Shown one piece after another: positions 56,249-64,000 of a DNA stretch of 64,000 nucleotides (the first letter of the stretch is position 1; the number at the start of each line of letters is the position of its first letter). Source of the stretch: Acidimicrobiia bacterium (GTDB taxonomy: Bacteria; Actinomycetota; Acidimicrobiia; Spongiisociales; CAZKJJ01); assembly GCA_046759765.1 (NCBI GenBank), contig JBHICV010000001.1, positions 125-64,124 of the forward strand, in the 5' to 3' direction. The position numbers and the translations under genes were made by a program. Below the pieces are notes generated by a model, which was not told where the DNA came from, searched no databases, and saw only the letters and a list, made by a program, of their open reading frames with translations.

Positions 56249-56926
56249 GTGCCCCCAACCTCCGAGCTGGAGCCAGAACCACCGGACCCCTTTGAAGGCG
56301 AAGACCAGTGGGCGGACCCGCTCGCACAGGCTCGCGCCGTGGCATCGAATCTGACGAGACTCACCGAAGCGGATTGGGAAAACGACGGCCTTCCTGCTGC
56401 CCATTCTCTTCGCCGCAAGCGAGCCGACAGCCCGCTGGTCCTGGCTGCCACCGAGGCGGCGCTCAGCTCGGATCCGTCCCAGGCTCGACTAAGGCTCGAG
56501 GCGTTCTCCACCGGTCTCACGTCGGTGGCCTGGGCCCGCGAAGCGGCCGCCAGGCTCACCGGCTTTTCCACCGTGGGGGTCACCTCGCTCGGGTCGGTAA
56601 CTCTGATGGTTCTCGACGAGGCCCTAGGCATGGGAACGCCACCGGGGTCACTGCTCGTGGACCGTCGGTACCTCGCCCGCGGCCTCGCCTACCTCGATAC
56701 GACTGTCGCCCAAGGACCACCTGAGGAAGCAGACGCGGTTCTCGCCGCCGGCGCCGCCGCCCACGGCTCGGTGATTTGGACGACCCAATACATCGCCGAT
56801 GTCATCGTGAGAGCGAGGATCCGGGGGGCCTCCGTCATTGCGGTAGTACATCCGCTCGCCGAGCTGTCGCCCCTCAACCGAGAGGTATACCGGCCCGCTC
56901 ATTACTTGGTCGAGGCCGACCGGTAG
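56249..56926 (+). CDS. Hypothetical protein
   Basis: 225-aa ORF with coding-like codon usage; no recognisable domain. Confidence 0.35.
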   Translation: MPPTSELEPEPPDPFEGEDQWADPLAQARAVASNLTRLTEADWENDGLPAAHSLRRKRADSPLVLAATEAALSSDPSQARLRLEAFSTGLTSVAWAREAAARLTGFSTVGVTSLGSVTLMVLDEALGMGTPPGSLLVDRRYLARGLAYLDTTVAQGPPEEADAVLAAGAAAHGSVIWTTQYIADVIVRARIRGASVIAVVHPLAELSPLNREVYRPAHYLVEADR

Positions 56927-56939
56927 GCTGCTGCTGCCG

Positions 56940-58112
56940 ATGGACCTGCTTTCCAAGCGAATCTCGGCCATCCCGGAGTCCGAAACGCTGGCGATTACGA
57001 CCCGCGCCGCCCAGATGAGAGCGGAGGGGATCGACGTGATCGGCTTCGGAGCCGGGGAGCCTGATTTCCCCACACCCCCGCACATCGTGGCCGCAGCCGT
57101 TGAGGCGTGTTTTGATCCAAGCAGCCACAAATACAGCCCTACGGCGGGCCTGGGAGAGCTAAGGGCCGCCGTAGCCGAGAGTGTCATGGAAGCCCAGGGA
57201 GTGGAACCGGCCCAAGTGCTGGTAACCAACGGTGCGAAGCATGCCGTCGTGACCGCGTTGATGGCTCTAGTCGACGAAGGGGATGAAGTCCTGATTCCCG
57301 CGCCCTACTGGGTTACCTATCCCGAAGCGGCGCGGATCGCCGGAGGAACGCCGATCGTGGTCCCGTGGGACACGGCGTTCAAGGTCACCCCGGAGCGGCT
57401 CGATAGGGCGGCGACACCGAGAACGACTGCCCTCGTCTTCGCGTCACCGTCCAATCCCACTGGCGCCGTTTACACCTCCGACGAGGTCGCCTCCATCGGT
57501 GCCTGGGCAGCCGAGCGAGGAATCTGGGTGATCAGCGATGAGATTTACGACCATCTCGTCTATCCCCCGGCGACCTTCACCTCCGTTGCAGTCGGCTCCG
57601 ATCCTGAACGGACTCTCTTGGTGGGCGGAGTCTCCAAGACCTACGCAATGACAGGCTGGCGAGTGGGATGGGTGATCGGACAGGCCGACGTGATCCGAGC
57701 TTGCACCAATCTGCAGAGCCACACCACTTCGAACGTAAACAACGTGGCCCAGCGGGCCGCGCTGGCGGCTCTCCGGGGAGATCAGACGCCGGTCGGCGAA
57801 ATGCGCGAGGTCTTCGACCAACGTCGTCGCCTGATTGTTCGCCGCCTGTCCGACATCTCAGGGCTCACCGTGAATGAGCCGGAAGGGGCCTTCTACGCCT
57901 TTCCGGACGTGACCGGTGTCCTCGGGCGGGCCGTTGGTCCATGGACGCCGACCACGAGCTACGAGCTTGTGGAAGCCCTCCTGGACCAGGCCCTGATCGC
58001 AGCTGTGCCGGGTGAGGCGTTCGGAGCTCCGGGCTTCGTTCGTTTCTCGTATGCGCTGTCCGATGAGGCCCTGAGCGAGGGCATGGACCGCCTCGCCAAG
58101 GCTCTCATCTGA
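56940..58112 (+). CDS. Pyridoxal-phosphate-dependent aminotransferase (aspartate aminotransferase family)
   Basis: Class I aminotransferase PLP-lysine region SKTYAMTGWRVGW and NPTG. Confidence 0.8.
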   Translation: MDLLSKRISAIPESETLAITTRAAQMRAEGIDVIGFGAGEPDFPTPPHIVAAAVEACFDPSSHKYSPTAGLGELRAAVAESVMEAQGVEPAQVLVTNGAKHAVVTALMALVDEGDEVLIPAPYWVTYPEAARIAGGTPIVVPWDTAFKVTPERLDRAATPRTTALVFASPSNPTGAVYTSDEVASIGAWAAERGIWVISDEIYDHLVYPPATFTSVAVGSDPERTLLVGGVSKTYAMTGWRVGWVIGQADVIRACTNLQSHTTSNVNNVAQRAALAALRGDQTPVGEMREVFDQRRRLIVRRLSDISGLTVNEPEGAFYAFPDVTGVLGRAVGPWTPTTSYELVEALLDQALIAAVPGEAFGAPGFVRFSYALSDEALSEGMDRLAKALI

Positions 58113-58162
58113 GGTAAGACGGCCCCTCACCAGTACAATTCGACCCCCGAATCGGAGGGCAC

Positions 58163-59254
58163 GTGGTCGCCGACACGGCGCGCGCGATGCTGCTAGTTGA
58201 GCCAAAACACATGTCTGCGACTCGACTCGCGGTAGCCGACGTCGAACAAGGCGGTTGGCTGGCCATCGAGGCGACGGGACTGTCCGGGGTTGATGTCCAG
58301 GCCTGGCAGGGCGGGAGCAGGTCGCTCATCTACCCGCTGGTCCCAGGCCACGAGATAGTGGGAAGGATCGCCGACGTCTTCGATGATCATTGGGGAATCG
58401 AAATCGGTACCCGCGTCGTGGTCGAGAGCTCGATCCGCTGTGGCGCGTGTCGCCGGTGCACCAGCGGCATGTCGGGCTGCTCATATCGGCGGCCGGTAAA
58501 CGCCTACGGAATGCTCCCCTCGACTGAGGCTCCGGGTCTCTGGGGTGGGTTGGCGGAAGTCCTTTATCTGGATCCGGGTGCTCGCCTGCACGCCATCTCG
58601 GACGACATCCCGGCAGTCGTGGCAACGTTTGCTCATCCCCTGGCCGCGGGTTTCACATGGGCCGTTGAACTTCCGGATCTCGAGGCGGGCGAGAACGTCC
58701 TGATACTCGGTCCGGGCCCTCGAGGACTGTCCGCGGTCCTGGCAGCCAAGGAGTCAGGTGCTGGATGGGTCGGAGTCGCCGGACTCCCTCACGATGCTGA
58801 CCGTTTGGACCTCGCTTCCGACCTGGGCGCCGACCTTGTCACCGACGAGGGAGGTGATGAGATGGAGCGGGCAGTAGCGGACAGCCTCGGTGCCCGCCCA
58901 GACGTGGTAGTGGACGTCACGAGTGACGACCCCGAAGCAATTCACACCGCCCTCGATCTGGTTCGAGCCGGTGGGCGAGTAGTGCTGGCCTCCACCAAGG
59001 GAGCCCGAGCTATCAGTCAGCTGTTCTCCGACATAATCGTTCTGAAGGAGCTGACGATCCGGGGCGCCTTTGGGGCCAGCTCGGCCGGATATCACTGGGC
59101 AACCCGCCAGCTGTCTGCTGACCCCAGGCTGGACCGGATGGTGTCCCACGAGTTTCCTCTGGACGAGGCCTCCCGGGCGATCCAAGCCGCGGCCGGTCTT
59201 CTCGGGCGCGACGAGCTCATCTCAGTCGCCGTGACTTCGGTAGGGCTCGACTGA
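58163..59254 (+). CDS. Zinc-binding alcohol dehydrogenase family (MDR) protein
   Basis: GHEIVGRI zinc motif, structural-zinc Cys cluster CGACRRCTSGMSGC and Rossmann ILGPGPRG. Confidence 0.7.
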   Translation: MVADTARAMLLVEPKHMSATRLAVADVEQGGWLAIEATGLSGVDVQAWQGGSRSLIYPLVPGHEIVGRIADVFDDHWGIEIGTRVVVESSIRCGACRRCTSGMSGCSYRRPVNAYGMLPSTEAPGLWGGLAEVLYLDPGARLHAISDDIPAVVATFAHPLAAGFTWAVELPDLEAGENVLILGPGPRGLSAVLAAKESGAGWVGVAGLPHDADRLDLASDLGADLVTDEGGDEMERAVADSLGARPDVVVDVTSDDPEAIHTALDLVRAGGRVVLASTKGARAISQLFSDIIVLKELTIRGAFGASSAGYHWATRQLSADPRLDRMVSHEFPLDEASRAIQAAAGLLGRDELISVAVTSVGLD

Positions 59255-59278
59255 GATGGCGGACCTTACCCTCTTGGT

Positions 59279-60571
59279 GTGACCGACTGGAAGCCGCCCA
59301 AGCGGAGCACCGGCTCATGGGTGGTGTTCGACTTGGCAAACACGATCTTCGCCCTGGGTGTCCTCGGCCTGTACTTTCCCGCTTGGCTCGTATCTCTTCA
59401 GGACGAGGCTGCTTCGACTGCGGCGGAGGACTTCCCGTCCGAGCTCGCAGACCTGAGGTTGGGCGTCACGATCTCGGTGGCGATGCTGGTAGTGATCGTC
59501 CTCGGCCCATGGATCGGTGCACGGTCGGACTTCGCAGGTAGACGCGTCCCGTATCTGATCGCAACCACGCTGGTGGCCGTCGGGGCGACCTTTTTCCTGG
59601 CTTCTTTCGGCGTGCCGGCCTCCTTGGTGCTTCTGGCAGTCGGCCTGATCGGGTTTCACCTGGGTTCGGTCGTCTACGACGCCCTTCTGCCCGACGTGAG
59701 CACCCCTTCCAACCGCGGCTTCGTCTCCGGGCTCGGAGTAGGGGTTGGCTATCTCGGATCGGCAATAGCTCTCACCGCGGGTGTTTTGATCGTCGATCGC
59801 TTCGGCTACGCGGCCTATTTCCGGACCGTGGCCGTGCTGTTCCTCCTGTTTGCCCTCCCTGCTTTCTTCTTCATCCAGGAGCGAGCGCGGGCGCCCCGAG
59901 ACGGTGCGCCCTCCATCCGAGTTGCCATAGCCCATCTCGTCCGGTCTTGGCGTCGAACCCGAGCGTTTCCGGGAGTAACGCGGTTTCTGATCGGCCGTTT
60001 CTTCTACACGGATGCCATCAACACTCTGATCTCGGGCTTTCTGACGATCTTTGTCCTGAAGGAGCTCGGGTTCACTCTCGGCCAGCTACAACAGCTTCTG
60101 GCAATCGCGATCGGCGCTTCGGTCATCGGCGGACTCGGAGCAGGCCGCCTGGTCGACCGTCTCGGACCCCGTTCTGTCTTGCATTCGGCGCTCTACATCT
60201 GGATGGCCGCGATCGCGGCCGGCATCGTTGCGGCGGAGATAGACGCCCCCGGCATCGGCTGGCTGCTCGGGCCCGTCGGCGGCGTTGCTTTGGGAGCCAC
60301 CTGGACTTCGGATCGGGTCTATATGACACGAATCTCGCCGCCGGAGCATCTAGGTGAGTTCTACGGGCTTTACGCCACCGTGGGCCGGTTCGCTACCTGG
60401 CTTGGGCCAGTGTTGTGGCTGATAATCGTCGTGGCCCTGGGTCTCGGGCGGAGCGTTGCTATGGCCGCTTTGATCCTGCTTCTCGTAGCGGCTCGCATGG
60501 TGCTGCAAGGGGTGGATGATCGCCCACGCGCGGACCTCAAAAGACGCGACGAGGCGCCCAAGTCGGATTGA
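59279..60571 (+). CDS. MFS transporter
   Basis: 430 aa, 12 predicted TM helices, MFS-like GxRxD-type loop (GARSDFAGRR). Confidence 0.7.
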   Translation: MTDWKPPKRSTGSWVVFDLANTIFALGVLGLYFPAWLVSLQDEAASTAAEDFPSELADLRLGVTISVAMLVVIVLGPWIGARSDFAGRRVPYLIATTLVAVGATFFLASFGVPASLVLLAVGLIGFHLGSVVYDALLPDVSTPSNRGFVSGLGVGVGYLGSAIALTAGVLIVDRFGYAAYFRTVAVLFLLFALPAFFFIQERARAPRDGAPSIRVAIAHLVRSWRRTRAFPGVTRFLIGRFFYTDAINTLISGFLTIFVLKELGFTLGQLQQLLAIAIGASVIGGLGAGRLVDRLGPRSVLHSALYIWMAAIAAGIVAAEIDAPGIGWLLGPVGGVALGATWTSDRVYMTRISPPEHLGEFYGLYATVGRFATWLGPVLWLIIVVALGLGRSVAMAALILLLVAARMVLQGVDDRPRADLKRRDEAPKSD

Positions 60572-61541
60572 CCATCGAGACCTCCACGGCATAAGGGTCC
60601 GGTAGGTCCTCGAAAGTACGGTTCTGCCCAGCCAGGCGGCGGCCGATCTCCGCGAACCACAACTCGTTGGGCATCTCCCACGGCCAGTGGGCCAGCCCCC
60701 GACGGGCGCCGATGATCCCTCCGACGAGAGGCGCAACGGCAGCAGAGGTGGCCGTGGCCCGCAACGCGTCCTCGGAGAGCTCTCGAGCCACGGCACCGAT
60801 CACGACCGCGGCCACCACCACTCCGACCGGCCCCAGCTCCTCCGTGCAGCCGGAAATGACGTCCGGGGCTCTCGCATCGATCCAACGATCCGCTTGCCGC
60901 AAGGCTTCGGCGAAGGAAACCGCTCCGGCGACATCCAGGTCGCCGTCGGCTTCCAAGACGGCCACGGTTCGGGCCGCGAGCTCGGAGACCGCGTTGAGGA
61001 AGTCGCGCCCGGATTGGCCGAAGCTCGCCGCCGCTACCGCTCCCCCGTAGGTGCTGGCGGCTGCCAACGAGGGACCATCCCGATGAGTGATCAAAGCAGC
61101 TGCAATAGCGTCGGAGACGAGCTGATCGACGTTCCCGCGGTACCAGAGACCAATGGGCAGACTCAGAGACGCCGCGCCATCGCCGGAAGGAGCTGCTGCC
61201 GTTCTGCCCCCCTCTCTTTCGCTCAGAAACTGCCGGAACCACGTCGGCGCACCCCGGTACGCGTTCGGGCCGTCTTTCGAGTGCGCAAGCGCCACTAGCT
61301 CCGAGGAAAGTTCCTCAGGACGGATCTCTCCCCATCTCATGAGGTGGTAGGCAACAACGATCGCCTGTTGGGTTCGAAACCCGTAGAGGGACTCGGCGCT
61401 GCCCTGCGGGCGCTGGAGCGCCGCTAACTGATCACCCGCGGCGAGCCCGAGCATCGCGCCCGCTCCGTCGGCACTGGAACGGTTCCTGTCCTCGGCCATG
61501 ACGAGCCTCGCGATTGTACGACTACCGAGCTGAGTGGTCAC
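60537..61541 (-). CDS. ADP-ribosylglycohydrolase family protein
   Basis: N-terminal GAMLGLAAGDQL resembles the ADP-ribosylglycohydrolase motif (GAhLGhAhGDAL); the remainder is weakly similar. Confidence 0.45.
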   Translation of the reverse strand: MTTQLGSRTIARLVMAEDRNRSSADGAGAMLGLAAGDQLAALQRPQGSAESLYGFRTQQAIVVAYHLMRWGEIRPEELSSELVALAHSKDGPNAYRGAPTWFRQFLSEREGGRTAAAPSGDGAASLSLPIGLWYRGNVDQLVSDAIAAALITHRDGPSLAAASTYGGAVAAASFGQSGRDFLNAVSELAARTVAVLEADGDLDVAGAVSFAEALRQADRWIDARAPDVISGCTEELGPVGVVVAAVVIGAVARELSEDALRATATSAAVAPLVGGIIGARRGLAHWPWEMPNELWFAEIGRRLAGQNRTFEDLPDPYAVEVSMVNPTWAPRRVF

Positions 61542-62494
61542 TGACCGTCGGGGTAGCCTCCCGCGGAATGGCCAGAGTGCTGCTCATCGCAAATCCTGCC
61601 GCTTCCGGTTTCACCGGTGGTCTTCACCGCGATGTGGTCCGAATACTTCGCGAAGCGCATGACGTCGACGCCGTGTGGCCGACGAGTCCCGGCCAGGTCG
61701 AGGAATTGACAGACGACGCCGCGGACGCGGCCTTCGACATGGTCGTTGCGTTTGGCGGAGACGGAATAGCCCATCACGTCGCCTGTCGCCTCCGCAACAC
61801 TGCCATTCCGATGGGGATAGTGCCTGCGGGCACCACGAACGTTCTGGCCCGAATTCTGGGCGTGCCCTCTAAGGCGAAAGCGGCGGCTCGTTACCTGGCC
61901 GCTCATATGGATACCCACGTCGTTTCCACCGCCCGCCTGGAAGGACGAGGCAAGGGAATCGAGCTGGACACCTGCGCGACATTCGCGGCCGGACTCGGAT
62001 GGGACGCGGACGTTGTTGCGATCGCCGAGCAGGAGCCGTACCGCAAGTACCGGTTCGGAGCCATGCACTACGCCCGAACGGCTGGAGCCGTTCTGCTGAA
62101 GGACTACCGCGGACGACCCGCCATGCTGCGGGTATCCGCTGGTTCGCGGGTGTCCTTCGGAGTCACCGTCCTGGTGCAGGTGCATCGCCCATACACCTTC
62201 TTCGGGCGCGTGCCACTGGCCCTTGACGGCACCCAGTCCGAGGGACTGTCCATCCTCGTCATCGAGGATCTGGCGCTCCTACGAGTCCCGCGAATACTGA
62301 CCAAGGCAGTCCGGGGCTCAGATCTCGGCCGCATCAAAGGTCTCACCGTCTGGACCGATCTCGAATCAGTGACTATCGAGGCTGAGCCCGCGGTAAGCCT
62401 TCAGGCGGACGGTGAGCTGATTGGTCTGATGTCGGAGCTGACTTTGACGCACGAACCCGGTGTTCTGACTGTCGCGGCTCCGGGAAGGGAATGA
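61514..62494 (+). CDS. Diacylglycerol-kinase-family lipid kinase (DAGK_cat)
   Basis: VVAFGGDGIAHHV (GGDG motif) and the NAD-kinase/DAGK catalytic-domain pattern. Confidence 0.7.
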   Translation: MYDYRAEWSLTVGVASRGMARVLLIANPAASGFTGGLHRDVVRILREAHDVDAVWPTSPGQVEELTDDAADAAFDMVVAFGGDGIAHHVACRLRNTAIPMGIVPAGTTNVLARILGVPSKAKAAARYLAAHMDTHVVSTARLEGRGKGIELDTCATFAAGLGWDADVVAIAEQEPYRKYRFGAMHYARTAGAVLLKDYRGRPAMLRVSAGSRVSFGVTVLVQVHRPYTFFGRVPLALDGTQSEGLSILVIEDLALLRVPRILTKAVRGSDLGRIKGLTVWTDLESVTIEAEPAVSLQADGELIGLMSELTLTHEPGVLTVAAPGRE

Positions 62495-63968
62495 GGTAGG
62501 CCCCTTCGATGAGGGCTGCCTCCAGGCCCACCTGCGTCAGGAGCGCGGCCAGCTCTCCCCGTGGTCTCACAACCTCTCGCAAGGGGATGCCGAACTCGGC
62601 ATCTAAGACCTGTCTTCCAATCTGCAGGGCTTGCCCAAGAGAATCGACGGCCTGTTCCTGCGCATGGCGCCTAGTGGAGAGGCTGCGCGCTTTACCTGCG
62701 GTCACTCCGACGACCAGGGCCAGAACAGATAACGCGGCCGCCAGCAACATCCCGGCATTGAGAAAGAGGGCCGCGGCCGCGCCGAGGACACCGGCCCATC
62801 CCAAGAGCAGTCGCGTGCTTGGGGACCGGCGGCGTTGCGGGGCTTCTGTGGGCATTCTCAGGCTGGCCGTTTCGCATGCTCGTCGAATCCGTTCCGGAGA
62901 GAACTGCTCTCTGATCCGAAAGCCCAGGTCGGGACCGGCATCGGTGGCCAAACTACCTACGAAAGCAGCAATGAGGTGCGTTGCCTGCGTCACACCGCCA
63001 CGAGCCAGCGAATGAGCAGCTTCATCTCGCGCGGCCGCCCAACGCTCCTCGAACTCAAGAGTCCCGCCCGGCCCGACACCAGTCGCCTCCGCGAGTAAAT
63101 CCGCGGCCCGCAGCAGGTCCCCGGCGATCTTGGCTGCCGACGCTCGCTTCGCATCCAGATGGCTTCCCAACGCATCGCGAAACACATCGATCCCCACCGG
63201 ATCGCCCGAGATCGGATCCGCTGCGGTCCGAATGATGTTGGGCTGGATCGCTCCATCCTCTACCAAACGGGCTGCCCAATCGTCCGCCACGTCGACGGGA
63301 TCACTCACCAGATCGATCTGGTTCAGCACGAAGAGGAACTGGTCCTGATAGCGCCGGAACACATCGATGAAGTCGCGATGGAGCACGCGATCGTTGTACT
63401 TCTCAGGATCAGCCACCCAGACGACTACGTCCACGCGACTCACGAGGTCCTCGACCACGTCGCGGTGATCGGATATCACACTGTCCAGATCGGGAAGGTC
63501 GATGATCGCCAAGAACGACGGGCTCGGCTGGGCGATTCTTCTGTCCACGCCCAGCATGTCCAAAAGCGAGGTCAGCTCGCGCGTCGGTTCGGGCGGTACC
63601 CAGGCCACCGCATAGTCGGTCGTGGGCCGGATAGCACCGACCGGGGATATCTCCGATCCTGCCAAGGCGTTGAGAAGGCTCGACTTACCGGTTCCGGTGC
63701 CACCCGCGATCGCCACGACGAGTGTTCTGCCTAGAAAGCCGCGCCGGAGGCGGATGTCGTCGATGAGCCGACGGACCGTCTCGATGTCACCCGGAGTCGA
63801 CAGCGGAGCTGCACGTGCGAGTGCGCCTTCGAGCGTCTCCACCGCCGCCGCCAGGTCGTCACGCATGATCTCGGAGCTCGCGCGCCAGATCGCGGAGCGT
63901 GGCGTCGAGTTCGTCCGGCGGAGCCCATGCGTCCACCCGCCTGCGGAGGGCGTCGGCTTCTTCGTCAA
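62373..63968 (-). CDS. Dynamin-like/YfjP-type GTPase with C-terminal membrane anchor
   Basis: G1 IAGGTGTGKSSLLNALAG, G3 DLPDLDS, and C-terminal hydrophobic helices (LLLGWAGVLGAAAALFLNAGMLLAAALSVLALVV). The start is uncertain because the ORF runs to the window edge region. Confidence 0.5.
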   Translation of the reverse strand: MTKKPTPSAGGWTHGLRRTNSTPRSAIWRASSEIMRDDLAAAVETLEGALARAAPLSTPGDIETVRRLIDDIRLRRGFLGRTLVVAIAGGTGTGKSSLLNALAGSEISPVGAIRPTTDYAVAWVPPEPTRELTSLLDMLGVDRRIAQPSPSFLAIIDLPDLDSVISDHRDVVEDLVSRVDVVVWVADPEKYNDRVLHRDFIDVFRRYQDQFLFVLNQIDLVSDPVDVADDWAARLVEDGAIQPNIIRTAADPISGDPVGIDVFRDALGSHLDAKRASAAKIAGDLLRAADLLAEATGVGPGGTLEFEERWAAARDEAAHSLARGGVTQATHLIAAFVGSLATDAGPDLGFRIREQFSPERIRRACETASLRMPTEAPQRRRSPSTRLLLGWAGVLGAAAALFLNAGMLLAAALSVLALVVGVTAGKARSLSTRRHAQEQAVDSLGQALQIGRQVLDAEFGIPLREVVRPRGELAALLTQVGLEAALIEGAYLIPFPEPRQSEHRVRASKSAPTSDQSAHRPPEGLPRAQPR

Positions 63969-64000
63969 AGACTTCGACCAGAGCCTCCGCAGTCCTGTCC

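Overview
This is a high-GC (about 68%) bacterial chromosomal segment with dense, mostly operonic genes; the content looks actinobacterial, possibly Acidimicrobiia-like. Identifiable genes are largely housekeeping: rsmD-recG-DAK2 with divergent rpmB; ddl with a MurF-like ligase; fabI/inhA, fadD, gdhA, dtd, plsB, gpsA and infA. There are also two-component kinases, an ABC-2 exporter, a split MFE-2 beta-oxidation cluster and an AdnAB-like helicase-nuclease pair. Two things stand out. First, a tightly translationally coupled four-gene minus-strand operon, HerA-like ATPase -> Mre11/SbcD -> Rad50/SbcC -> NurA-like protein (47326-53414), which has the gene order of the archaeal DNA end-resection operon. 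Second, a 300-bp tandem duplication in the fadD upstream region (13786-14293). Each unit has a sigma70-like promoter (TTGACG-17-TATGTT) and an intrinsic terminator on the minus strand, framing a roughly 140-nt structured RNA with compensatory base changes between the copies. Three genes appear interrupted: a sensor kinase by a frameshift in an A4 run, an HdeD-like gene by a frameshift, and the AdnB-like gene by an in-frame TAG. This could be real pseudogenisation or sequencing error. No rRNA, tRNA or CRISPR array was recognised by eye.
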